Assembly: GCA_973895155.1 (NCBI GenBank)
Contig: OZ316892.1
Location: 16,234,357-16,298,356 of the forward strand
Source of the DNA: Marsupella aquatica
Lineage: Eukaryota > Plantae > Marchantiophyta
Direction: 5' to 3'
DNA length: 64,000 bases
Position 1 is the stretch's first letter; every line of letters begins with the position of its first letter. The notes under the pieces are model-generated. The model was not told the DNA's origin. It did not search any database and worked only from the letters and a program-made list of their open reading frames with translations. The position numbers and the translations under genes are program-made. Positions 26,401-39,016 of the stretch are shown piece by piece.

Positions 26401-27322
26401 GGACGACACCATAATTCGCGACATTATCAAGCTTTGTGGACGTATTGGCATTAGGAAGATCACAGATCTTAGAGGCTCTCATGAATTGATTCTGGCACAT
26501 TACACCGATAAGCTGATGCGCACCAGAGGATCAGATGCTGCCATACGCAGATTATGTATTCTCTTTGTGGATACAATTAAGAACACATCTGACAACCTGA
26601 GGCTTCATAGGGCGATTGCTGCTCAATGGCGTTGGTCTGACAAACCGGAGTGGCTGGAAAAATTCTCTCTCCCCAATGCACGGATGTATCAATTGCTCCG
26701 ACCTAAAGGCACTGATCACATTAGACTTAACAGGATCTGGGGCAGCTCGCGATCTGAATCTGAATGGAACAGGATCTGGATCTCTCTCTGGTCGTCTGAT
26801 CTGCCCTTGAAAGCAAGAACTTTTCTCTGGAGGATCCTGGCACAAGGTCTATTCATTGGAATTAGAGCTTGAAGGATCGGGAAGGGAGACGGCAAATGCA
26901 CACTTTGCATTAATGATCTGGAAACAACACCACATGTTTTCTTTTCCTGCTCTTTTGCTCAACGCTGTTGGCTCCTGGTCCGACAAACTTTCCCGGACAC
27001 TCTCAGTTGGCAACAAGTGGATCTCCTTTCTACTTTGGCAGAACGAGGCGGCTTAGATATAGCAAAATCTCTTACGATGCTTATGATCTATCATTCCCTC
27101 TGGACTTTATGGCTTGCCCAAAATGAACAGCTCTTTAACCCTGGGAGGCTTAGACGTTTTAGCATCAATCTTGTTCTCTCGGACTTGCTAGACTCCCTAC
27201 ACGGACTGTGTGAAACTACTGGTCCAAGCCGGAAACATACTAGGATGCTCCAAATCCAGGAGATTGTTAAACAAGAACAAATTCGATGGCTTCTCCGCTC
27301 GGATGCTTTGCTTTACAGTTGA
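23401..27322 (+). pseudogene. LINE-2 ORF2 (APE endonuclease, reverse transcriptase, zf-RVT)
   Basis: SWNVCG, LQEVK, GDFN, SDH; KAPGPDG, LDFEKAFD, QGCPLSP, FADD; GGLG; C-terminal CxxC...H..F.C. Several frameshifts and stops. Confidence 0.9.
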
Positions 27323-28886
27323 AGATACATTTGAAACTAGAAGCAGCTTTACGGACTTTAGTTTTTTTGCTCTTTGCCACCTCTCCCAGTGCACTTCCTT
27401 CCTTTTTTTCTTGGCTCCTTTGGCCCTCTTTTAGTTCTCACCAAGGTCTTTCTTGGTTGGCTCCCATCTCCTTTGTTGGCTATTTTGGCCCCCCTTCCCG
27501 TGGGTTTTCGCGGGTTTTATTGAATAAAATAATAAAATAATACCTTGTGTTTGTAGAGCGTTCTCCCACATCGTCTCTACCAGCCCAGCCGCAGCGGTGG
27601 CATGTAAACAACACAGAGTTGACCAATACATAGCATAGACGCTCACAAACCTTTTGCCCTTAATCCCATTCATAGTTGCCCCTTAAGGTGATGGAATTCT
27701 CCACCATGACCTCAGTGGAGCACAATAGCTCGTACTCAAAAGAGGTCCTAGTGCAGCACACCATTCTCCATTCTGTCACCAAACTCTCCAAACTGCAAGC
27801 TTGTGCCACAGAGGGTTTCTTTCTTTAAGGCTAACCAGACCCTGTTAAGGAAGAAAGAGAATTTAGTATTTCAAGAAGCTGCATGGCTGGCAGGGAAGGA
27901 CGACTGTCTGGATCCTCACCTTGCCTTTGCTAAGGCCAGCCTTGGTTTGAGACGAGCATACATTGGGAAACAAGCTTCCCCTAAGCAGCGCGATGAAGAG
28001 ATGGCTCAGCTCCGAGACCAACTCTGCCTCCCACTAGAAGAATCCGAGGTGAACTGAGACCGCAATATGTGACTCATTTTGGCTCATGTGACTTCATTGT
28101 GACTCAACGTGACTTGACCCACGCTGTGACCCTTGGAGTTGCAAAAGTTGAGACCAAAAAATGGAAGTCACTATTGATATTGGGCTTTGCAACTTGCTTG
28201 ATACCCATTTGTGACTGATCTGTGACTTTATTGTGGAGTCTAGCCTTGTTTCGACGTGACTGCAATATGACTTCAGCGAGTCACATCGTAAGTCACATAC
28301 ATGACTTACCCGCATTCAACAACGACTAGCGTGTGACCATTTAGTGTCACAGGAGAGACCAATGGAGACCCTGGCCCGCGTCACACAACAGAACCATTTG
28401 GGACTCTATATACTCATGTTTATAACTAATAAGGTTCACATGCAAGTTATAACCATGACTAATGAACACATAGGGACAGTTCATAAGGAGAGAGAGCACT
28501 CGACATTACAATACATAGAAACCTGATGTTCTAACTTTAGAAATATAACACATTGAATACAAGAAATGAACATAGCATGAATGACATCCACATGAAACAA
28601 AGCATCATATAAGCAGATCCTACATAAAACATTCATAAGAATTAAACACAATCACAATCTTGCTAAAAAATGAAGATCATTTGAATTCCAATGGAATAGT
28701 TTACAATGTGATCAATGTAATTCAGACAAAACAAGAATTCATAATTGATGACTACAGGATGAGATAACTGAAAGCACATGCATGATACTATGAATCTCCA
28801 AGAGGACATGATTCTTGTACTGCTTCTTGACATCTAAAATCTACATAACATGACTCACACTACAAACAAATAATGACATGACATTG

Positions 28887-31800
28887 TTATGGATCCTCTA
28901 TGAACTTGCTTGGCCACAATACCAAAGAACCTGCAGCATCTCCAAGTGTCTTTTGAGGAGGATCATCATTTGTGTTTGGAATGGGAAGGACAGCTTTAGG
29001 TTTCACTAGTAATGTGACTAACACTACTGAATAACCTAGGGGAATCCTCTTGCCATGGAACGTTGTGGAACCAACCTGCACTCTGCCAAATCCTACTCGT
29101 GTTCCACTCTCATCAACAGCTAACAAGCCACTTTGTCCCTCAGCATTAGGTGCTTTCCCCACTTCCACCTTAGATCTTTCTGCCAGCACCGTTCTTGGAG
29201 GTTTGTATGAAACCTTTGACGTGGCTCTGCTCCCACCAGCAGACTTGCTTTGTGTGCGCATGCTTCCTCTCTTCACAGTAGTGAAGCTAGGCTCAGTAGG
29301 TTCCTCTGTTAGGACTGTCACAGTAGCAGGTTCATCACCTGGGAGTGTCATACCAACTAACTCTTTGGTTGGATTTATCTCAACAAGAGGCACACCTGTC
29401 ATTGAGAATGATACATTCTGCAAATCATTTATCTCTGCAATGGAGTCAAGATCTACATAGCATGAATCTGGCTCAATGGTATCATTGTCATGCTTGCTGA
29501 TATCCTCATTTGCCCCAACATTGATATCATCCACTCCCTTGCCAATGTCATCCTCATCCAAACATGGTTGACTGCCCTCTGTCAAACAAGTTGCTTGTAT
29601 AGACTGCAACTTTGTTGCCTCTAAATTACAGCGAGTATTTGCCAGGTTCTCATACTTCTTCTCTGTAGCACCTGTCTTATTCTCTATGGACACAACAACC
29701 ACAATATATGTTACTGAAAATAACACATTCAACAAACAATGTCAATTCAAACTATACATTTAATAATCATATCCCACACAGTTGTAAAGGCCTTACCTTC
29801 AAGCCTACATGTCGTTGGCATGCCAGAAGAGTGCATCGACTTTGCCACCTCAAGTGGTGATGGTGGAACTCCTGCAGAATTGGAATCAATTTTATCTCTC
29901 ACCGACACAACATCTTCCATTAATGTCTTGAAGTTCACATGGAACAAGTCAGTCAATGAATTCAAACGTTCATTGATCTCTGGAAGACATGTTTCGACAG
30001 CCTTCAAACGACCACTTATCTCTGTAAGTGAAGATCCACCTCCCTACATGACACAGGGGTATAGGTTCAATCACTCCATATGAAATGTTGGGCAATATAT
30101 GCACAATCAATGTTATATACAGTGTACACCTAAAATTCAACGCAGGTCATTCAATTACCAATCAGAACTCATATAACTTACATGCTTGGAGGATTCAGAT
30201 GCACCCTCTTGAGCCCGGGTGTTCACAATTTCAGCCCTCAACTCTTCTTTTGAAGGGCTTTGCCCCAATTGGGCTTTCTGCACATGCATGGCAAACACAA
30301 GTTATCGATCAATATTCAGGGAACGTACACTAAAAAACAAAGTTTACATGTATGGGTTTACACTAAAAAACAGTACATAGTGTAGCATAAATTACATAGC
30401 TAGGCCATTCATTCTTACCAAACGTTTAGCTGTCGGTGCAGTGCCAGTCCTTCCTGTCAGATTAGGGTTCTGAACACTCAACCTGGCCTCGGTCATCTGT
30501 GAACTCTTCTTTTTTGAAGCATCTGTTACAAAATAAGCTACTAACCTTGCCCACACTTTATCATCACAACTGGCTGGTGGAGGCATATCTGGCTTCTCCC
30601 CACCTTCCTTCCAAGCCTTATGCATTCTCCACCTCTCTTGCTTGATGATTTTACCTGCTATACTCTCTAGGCAACCTATGTCCACGCCATCATCACTGCC
30701 CACATAATTCCATTTGGCAGCAACATTTTCACATACAGTCTTCCAATCTTTTGGATGCTGTTTTTTAAAATTAATAACACTCACATCTAACCAACGCAAT
30801 ACTTCAGCTTTCAAATCAGCATGCCATCGGTTCTTGCGAGGACACTCAGCATCCACCCATTGTCTCTCATTCAACTTTACGTTCCCTTTCTTTGTCACCT
30901 CCCCTTGTGCACTGCTTTCGGTAGTACTGGGCGTTGTATTGGCCACCCCTTCATTCACCCTACCTGGGGTTCTGAAGCCACCTGGGAAAATACAATGCCA
31001 TTCATGCTTGAGAACTACATATAGCAGAATGGATGACGGCAACATTCAATGCTTCACTTCAAGAAAAATTCTTCAAACATACATACCTGTAGCTCTGCCT
31101 GTAGATGCCTATGCAGGGACTGCACTCTGAAATTGTTGCGACCCTGGACCACCTGTCCAGTCTAGTACAGGGGCCGGATGATGTCACTTTCTAGGTATGT
31201 GTGTGCAAACATATGTACTGAAAACTAAGTACAAACTGTAGGAAAACAACTGAACATTCACCGACATACTTGTCCCCCTTCCGTGCTGCATCTGCATAGG
31301 GGCATTAGTGAATACTTGAGTTGATGGTTTGACTGTCCAACCTGCACACATACATTTTCTATCATTATACATGTGCAGAATCCCCCCCACGTGAATGGAC
31401 TCCAGATATAATGAGTTCTTCCATTGCTGACAAGATCAGACATTACCTGCCCCTCTTCCAGCATTTGTAGGTACTGTATTTTGATATCCCTGCCAATTAC
31501 CTTCACCACCTTCCCAACCTTGTTCATTCCACAACCCACCACCATCCTCCCAACCTGGTTCAACCCATGTCTGTCCTTGTGGACATTGGAACTGATCATT
31601 ACTAGCATTTGCCCAATCAGGTTGGGCAGAATCTGCATGCAATGGCAGGTGGACAGAATTTCATGTTGTCTGAATCCAATACATCCCAAACAATGTCAAA
31701 AATTGATATGCAGTCTGAAATTCAGGAGTGCCATGCCTTCACAAAGAACTGGCATATAGATATATACTCACATCCCCATGGTTGAGGTGGACGTCCATAC

Positions 31801-32593
31801 CCACGAGATTGTGGGTTTGGACCTGCTCTGCCTCTACCACGGGCATAACCTAGAGCTTGCCCCCTACCATAGTATTGGGCACCAGCCTGGGATCTACCAC
31901 TACTACCACCTCGCCAACCTTGATCAGAGGTCAGCCCCCCCTGCTGGTATGGTGCATGCACAGGCTTCGAAGGCAAAACAGAACTGGCAGGACGCTGCAT
32001 CACATCACCAACTACAATGTCAGGAACTAAGCAAGGTACATATGTGTAGTACTGAACATATGAAACCTCTAAACAAGAGTTTTTAACTCAAAACCTTGTT
32101 GGGAAAACTACTTACCTGTTTCTTTTGGGGCTGCTCTGCAATGTATTCATCTTCATAACCCCCATCCTCATCCATTTCCTCTGGAAAATACTCATCATCT
32201 GCATCTTCTTGTCTAGTGTCTGCACCCACCTGTGCAGCATCAATGTCATCTCCACATTCTGCCATTGTAGGTACGACCTTCTTGCTCAACCTGTCACTCC
32301 GACGCACAGGCCCAGAGATAGTGCTGGTCACCCTTCTTGCGTACTCCTTTTGTTTCTTTGAAAATGTTGTGGCTCTGCGACATTCCAATATGAGAATACA
32401 GTCACAATTTCAGTGCCACATTGAACTATTCATGTCACACAAACTCAGCGGAGGGGTGTAGTTGAGAATCGTTCCCTTACAATTCAGCCACATCCTTTTC
32501 CAGATCCAGTTCTGCGATTTTGGCTTTCACGTATGCTCGTTGTTCCATAGCTTTCCTTTCATACTCACACATCTTTGTGTCACTCTGTTCCAT
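28887..32593 (-). CDS. CACTA TnpA-like multi-exon gene (Ptta/En/Spm Transposase_24-like domain plus C-terminal domain); integrity not established
   Basis: Exon ORFs 32083-32388, 31722-32003, 30392-31045 (WARLVAYF...KKKSSQMTEAR...TGRTG), 29747-30007 and 28887-29735 (FHGKRIPLGYSVVLV...LPIPN...TLGDAAGSLVLWP), separated by GT-AG-like introns. Confidence 0.7.
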
Positions 32594-32749
32594 CCTACTG
32601 GACCACAAAAACATGTCATCTATGGTCACCCCGTATAACACAATGCAACCACAATCACCAGGCATCCATCCATACATCTGTGTTGCTTCATAATTACTTT
32701 ATTACACATCCTTCCCCTCACTAATGTCCATGCAAACAATTCACATTAC

Positions 32750-35700
32750 TCATGGTACAGGCACACTGTTGGCATCTGCATCTCTGAATTCGCCTCCTTC
32801 AGCAAATGCATCTACCCTTGTCACAGGAATGAAGTCCCCGCTATCATGAACTACAGGCACTTGGTCTGAACGTTGACGATCAAAGGCACTATGAGAGTGT
32901 AAATGAAACTCAAGGTTTGATCCTTCCATCCAACGTTGCCTGGCCTGTTTATGACACACTACACGCCAACCTGGGGAGTCTTCCACATCCAGGAAGAAAG
33001 CTTGCTCCACCTGACTAGGAAACACAAATAGCTCAGACCATTCGGGAAATTTCCCTCTGAAATTGGCCAGCAAGAAACCGTCGTTGTCTCTCTTCATGGT
33101 AGCCCTGTTACCAAGCCAATCCTGCCGCACCCATGAACCTTTCATAAGAATCACAAGACTGGACACCGCCCCATAGTCCAGAGCCCATATGTCAACTAAT
33201 TCTCCCACATATCCCATCTCCATCCAGACCCTATCGTGATTGTGGCTCTTTTGCTCAAATACAGTGATGAGCCCACAGTCATTCGTCACCCTGTAGGCAC
33301 TGTCACCATCCTTCACTCGAAAGTGATTCCCATATGCTCTCATCTGTTTGTAAGTCTTCACTTTCAGGCTAGGGGCATTAGACAGTAGGTAAACATCTGC
33401 ATCCATGTCTGGGTGGGTCTCGTGATGCTCTCTAATTGCCACTCTGATCCACTCCATGAAACCTGGAAAAGTTGTTCCTGCAGTGGGATGGGCCGCCTTC
33501 AATGACTCATACTCCCTGAACGAACAACCACACAGCATTACCTTGGGTAAACATGAACAGGCTGAAGGAGAAAACCACACGAATACAACATTTAAGCTCA
33601 TGAACTGGATTATAGCACATGTATGCACTCACTGTATCCAAGGTTCCATCACCACAGTGTTGTGCAATACAAAGTCATGTGCCAAGTCTCTCATAGATAT
33701 GGTCAGGTTCTTTGTGGTTGCAGCCCCTTCCAGTACTTCACCTATCACCCCTTCCTCCTCATCAGAATTCCACACCTGGTCTTCACATGCTCATATTGTG
33801 CTATGTATTCGGTCAGAAATCCCAGAGTCTCATCCTTGATGTAACCTTTAGCCATGCTTGCTTCAGGTTTGTAATATGTTCTCACGTGACCTTTGAGTAG
33901 CTTCATGTACCGTTCCAAAGGGTACAACCAACGAGCACTCACATGCCCAAATTGGTGTAGCTCTTCCACAACATGGACAAGTAGGTGGGTCATGACATCA
34001 AAAAATGCGGGAGGAAAATAAATCTCCAGGTCACACAGCACCTGAGCGACATCTTCTGTCAGTTGTGGGAAGTGTGTTTCATCCCAAACCTTCACACAAA
34101 TACGACGAAACACATCACTGAGTCGCATGATCACAGTACGAACAGGCTTCTGCAACAGGCCTCTCAGGCATAAAGGCAACACCTGTTGCATCAACATATG
34201 GTAGTCATGGCTTTTCATACTACCAAGCTTTCTAGTCATGATATGCTTCTTGAAAGCACTGCCATAGGTTGAAGGAACCTTCAAAGAACTCAACCTCTGC
34301 ACAAATAGTTCCCACTCTGTGTCTGTCAGAACATAGGGCGCTTGGTACTTCAAGAGCACATCAGCTTTGTGGGCATGTGGCCTCAACCAAAGATGGGGTT
34401 TCATTCCCCTTTGTTCAAGATCCAATCTCACTAAACCAGTGTCTTTCTCTCCACACAAGAATCTGAGTAGACTCTCACAAATATTCTTTTCAATGTGCAT
34501 AACATCAATGTTATGTTTGCTTGGCTCAAACTCCTACATCGTTGCAATGCAAAAGCGTCAGGAAATGCCTCAGGTTTAGTCTCTCTCTTCGAAATGAATG
34601 CACATGCTCTGAACCAAAACATGTATCCCAATTAGCATCAACTCCAAGAGGCTTACCCTCCAGTACTTGAGCTCCAAGTCCAATATGCTCAGTCTTTTTA
34701 CACCATATCGCTTTATTGGATCACTCACTCCATCTTCCCTGCCCCCTCGTTTGATATAGTCATCCCTCAGTGCTCCCCACTGCCTGATCTCCTCTTTGGT
34801 CACTCGTGCCGGGGGTCCACGTTGCTCAATCTCATTGCCAAAGTGTGCAATCAGTGCCTGTCTTTCTCTATAAGGGTGATCTGCCTTCAGAAAACGACGA
34901 TGGCCCATGTATATCACTTTCTGCAGGGCTCTGGAGTACTCACTGGTGACATTGCACCCACAGATAGTACAAGCACAATATCCTTTTGTTGTTTGGCCTG
35001 ATATCATCCCATGGGCTGGGTAGTCAGCTATAGTCAGAATGACAATGGCTCTAAGGATGAATGGGTTTAACCTCCCAAGCCTCTGTAGGACATCATATGT
35101 GAGAACTCCTTCCTCCCAAAGCTTTCTCAATTCCTCCACTAGGGGAGCCAGAAACACATCTATGTTGGCAGATACAGCACTGTCTGGCCCTGGTATCAGT
35201 AGGACCATCAGAACAAAAAATCGCTTTGTAGTCATCCAAGGAGGAAGGTTATAATTCAAAATAGTTACAGGCCAGCACGAAAATTTGTTATTCTTGTCTC
35301 CAAATGGGTTTACCCCATCCAATGACAGGCCAAGTCTGACATTCCTCGGCTCAGCAGCAAATTCGGGATACATCTCATCTATGAGTTTCCATTGCCTTGA
35401 ATCTGCAGCATGTCGTTGTAGCCCATCATCACTTTTCTTGTCAGTTGCCCAAGTCATCATCTCCGAGATGACACGGCTTCTGAACATCCGCTGAAGTCTG
35501 GGAATGAGTGGAAAATGACGAAGTACCTTGGCGGGAACCATAGACTTTCCTGAGTTCCGATACCTGTGCTTCCCACACTTAGGGCATGTCAACGATTCTT
35601 TATACTCCTTTCTGAAAAGAACATGCCCATCAGGACAGGCATGGATCGAATCATAGTTCAATCCAAGATTAGATATGCATCTTTTTGCCTCATACATGTT

Positions 35701-36479
35701 CTTGGGCAAAATATTACCATCTGGTAGCACAGTTGTTCGCAAGAATGCCAACAACTCAGAAACCAAAACGTTGGGGACATTGTGGTTTCCGCAAATGTTC
35801 AGGAACATGATGACAAATCCCAGTTTAGAACATTTGCTACCGGGGTACAAAGACTTCCTGCCTTCCTGTATTTGCAGGGAGAGCCAAACATCCCATCATG
35901 CCCAGGGGTTTCCTGCCCTATCTCAAACTCATCAAGAGGCTCTTCGACAGGGGGCACACTTGCATCTGTAGCCGTATCCTCTTCGTTGTCCAGCCCATCA
36001 TGAAATGCATCCAAGTCTTGGAAGATGTCTCTCACCATCTCTTCCACATGAATTCCTTCGTCACGTGGTGCTGCCTGAGCACCATCCCGTTGGAGAGTTG
36101 ACAACCCACAGAGACCAGCTACAACATTTTCAAATGCACCAGGCAGAACCTCACTTGCCCGTCTTGCAGCATTGGCAGCATCAAATTCTAACCTCCACTC
36201 CTCGTCGGAAGAATCTTCCTCTGTAGGATCATTCCAAACTCGATGTCGTGGATCTCTTCCATGAACCGCGATATGCCGCCAAACCTCATTCAGACCCCTG
36301 GTACGGGATCCTTGGCAGATTGCACAAGGACATCTCATCCTACTGGCTCCTGAAAGTCTGGTTCGTAACCTTTCACGCTGCCAAAGCTTATTATCATGGC
36401 GTGATATCCTTGTGGGATGATGCAAAGGCAGTGCCTGTGCCCTGGGCTGGGTCTGGGGAGGGTGGTGACCAGGGTGCAT
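32750..36479 (-). pseudogene. CACTA TnpD transposase (transposase-associated, Transposase_21, DUF4218 and DUF4216 regions), frameshifted
   Basis: RCPCAIC, IHACPDGH..CPKCG, LRHFPLIPRLQR, RNVRLGLSLDGVNPF, NYNLPPW, DVMHIEKN, MKSHDYH, FFDVMTHLLVH, WLYPLERYM, FPSQVEQAFF. Intron 34534-34656. Frameshift near 35880. Confidence 0.92.
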
Positions 36480-37002
36480 TGTAACAGGCTGGGAGCTCTG
36501 CAGTCATGGACAGCAGTGAACAAGGATGCCTAATGGTGGTATTTGTGTTCCATATATCCCTGACTGTATCTGCCAAAAGAGTTAACATAACGTGTACTAA
36601 ATTCTCACAAACCCTAAACCACCCCAAAAGAAAAAAACAGGTTCGCAAGTAGTGTACCTATTGTCAAGTGAATGACACAAAATTCCTAAATGTTGGAGGG
36701 TGTCACCACCTCCTCCGCTGTCCTCAAATGTACCGCCTCTGCATGTACATTTATAGTGACACCCCCAGGCAGCAGGAAACAACAATCCGCCAACAGTAAA
36801 ATAAGCCCAACTGCCACCAACCATAACAAGGTACATTAGTTCAAAGATCACATTTATTTCAATGATCTGATTTATACAAAAAAACTTGTGTCCAAACTGA
36901 TGCTACGACTCCTCACTCTGATTCAGAATCGCTAATGACCCATTCCTCACTTGTTGTCTCATAGTCCTCTCTGTAAGGATCCTGACCCTTCCGTGGCCAG
37001 GC

Positions 37003-37750
37003 CTAAAAAAGATCATAGTCCATTGGGTTTTGACGCTTCCCAGCTGCTACTGATTCCACAAGCCAAGCATATGAAACCACAAACACATTATGGGACATGA
37101 CATAAAAGCGAATGTCTCCCTTCCCAAACTTGCGGCAGGCTTTGGGATATGACTTAGTAATGACATGAGTGGTGTCCTCTGTTATATTCTCCTCCACTGT
37201 CCCACCTAGGTCAAGCACCGTGGACTTGTACACTTTGCACTTAACCTCTCCAATTCCCGCCTCCACAAATACCATGCTCAGCCCTTTTAGAATGGGGGTT
37301 GGTTGCTTCGTCTCCTCAGCCAACATACTCTTCAGCCTTCTAGAGCTCTGTCCTTTGTTGAGTACAGGTCCATATTGGACATCAGCAAGCCGTGCCTTTG
37401 CTTCCCAGACTTCTTGTTCAACCCAAGCTGATGCAGTAGCTTCTTCATCCTCCCACAGCTCATATTGCTCAGTATCCTGTACAATCTGATGTGCTATGGA
37501 ATCTGTGATCCAAGAGGCCTCAACTACTTTTAGGCCTTGCTTAGTAATTGCAGAATTCATGTAGGACCATGACCACTTCTTTATCACTGATAGCCATGTC
37601 CCTGCAACAACATGTGTAGTCTCTGGAGTGATGTCCTGAACTACAGTGCCATGGAGCTCAGAGAATCATTTCTGTACAGTTGGCCAATGCACTTTGGTCA
37701 ACCCATGCTGGCCATGGACCAAAATGGCTCTGACCCCTGTAAACACTGTT
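37003..37750 (-). pseudogene. Tandem BRCT-domain exon (CACTA-2 cargo)
   Basis: BRCT1: VFTGV...HGTVVQDITPETTHVV...VVEASWITDSI (one TGA). BRCT2: ILKGLSMVF...LGGTVEENITEDTTHVI...VVSYAWLVESVAAGKRQNPMDY. Confidence 0.8.
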
Positions 37751-38452
37751 GGGTGGTCACACTTTCTACGTTTCCCAGGCTCCATGTACACACACCCTAC
37801 GTGATGACAGTGAATTTTGGAAGAATGGGTTCACCTGACAATACAAGGACAACAAAATTCCTGCTTTTTGAGTTGATCTGGCCCACTGGTGCTCAGGTCC
37901 GATTTTGATAGGTACAAGGGATATGTGAACAATACGTACTAGGCACCTGCACGGATGCAGGACATTGTTTGAATATATACTACAAAATCCATATCGAAGG
38001 TGAAATGAAGTGCAACCAACTTGTCATGGCACATACATATTTTGTTGTAAAGGAGGATACGTTCAATGACAAACTTATAGGGCAATTTGATTAATTGCAT
38101 GCCTGATAATTTATACGCTTACAACTTAGAAGTCATGTTTTAATTTAGCAGTCTGATGAAAGTGTTTATGAAAATGACCACTCAGCCTAAATACTTCCAA
38201 GAAGGCTTGTAAGGATAAGTTTTTATAGGCATGTACCTAGCCACTGACGCCAGAGCACAAGATAAGTGTTGCCTATATAAACTCGCCTACCCAACTCCTT
38301 TTCAAAATTGGAATCTCTGCAATCTCAAAAAATAGTACATCCACATCAGGTGCACTGTGCATGTACAATGTTCAGGTTCACAACCAAGATATGTGATCTC
38401 TCACAGGAGTGCGCGAGGTAGGATCAATGGCATGGCGATGACAATAAAATAT

Positions 38453-39016
38453 CTATCGATCAACACCATGTGCAGAGTGATCATAGATTTCTCTATCACA
38501 AGCATAACCCTCTACTTGACGATCTTTCAGGCAATGATAGTGCCACATGGTGGGACACCTAGCACAGTGGACTATGTCAGTCCAGTACTCATGATCATGC
38601 TCACCACATGCCTTGCACCTATGAAGTGGGCAAGCTGTGGCATGAGCAGGCAAACACTCAAAACAGAAAAATCTCACACAAAAATGGTCTGGACATTTCC
38701 TAACATTTGCTGCAGCATCAATAGAGCCCTCATAGGACCCCAACTTCCCACACTGTGCACACTTAGCCTGCTTCTCCAAACAATCAGTGCACATCCAGTC
38801 TCCCTGGTGTGTTGACGGGAGGCCCACCCCTAGACAGTTATTTTCTGCAGCAAGGTCAGACTCCAGGTTGAGGTGGAAATGCCTCATGCAAGGGCCCTCA
38901 CAAATGACCAGGCCCCCACCATCGTCACAAATGGCACAACAATGAGCTGCCTTCTGGAAAATCTGACTTGCAAAGAAGTTAGTAGCATCTGCCCCAAGTA
39001 CACCTGTGTTTCTCAC
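38453..39016 (-). CDS. EDM2/NSD-type multi-PHD finger exon (CACTA-2 cargo)
   Basis: CAICDDGGGLVICEGPCMRHFH...CTDC...CAQCGKLGS...C...CVRFF..C...CPLHRCKAC...CARCPTMWHYHCL, matching the Cys/His spacing of the EDM2 PHD cluster. Confidence 0.82.
   Translation of the reverse strand: MRNTGVLGADATNFFASQIFQKAAHCCAICDDGGGLVICEGPCMRHFHLNLESDLAAENNCLGVGLPSTHQGDWMCTDCLEKQAKCAQCGKLGSYEGSIDAAANVRKCPDHFCVRFFCFECLPAHATACPLHRCKACGEHDHEYWTDIVHCARCPTMWHYHCLKDRQVEGYACDREIYDHSAHGVDR

Larger units (their letters stand above)
20713..27538 (+). mobile_element. Full-length L1-type LINE-2 (6.8 kb), degenerate
   Basis: 15-bp TSD AATACCTTGTGTTTG at 20698-20712 and 27539-27553. GA-rich 5' end and A-rich tail. ORF1 has a CCHC knuckle (CFRCNEKGHLARTC). 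ORF2 has EN and RT. Confidence 0.92.
17400..27800 (-). mobile_element. L1-type LINE-1 (5'UTR, ORF1 with DUF4283-like region, APE endonuclease), 3'-truncated; 5'UTR split by LINE-2
   Basis: ORF1 pieces 19571-20326 and 19318-19671 (KLPVWIEIP). Endonuclease 17400-18217 (ALQEVK, VYAPN, GDFN, SRLD, SDH). Sequence at 27554-~27800 is inferred from the LINE-2 TSD to be the rest of the 5'UTR. Confidence 0.8.
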
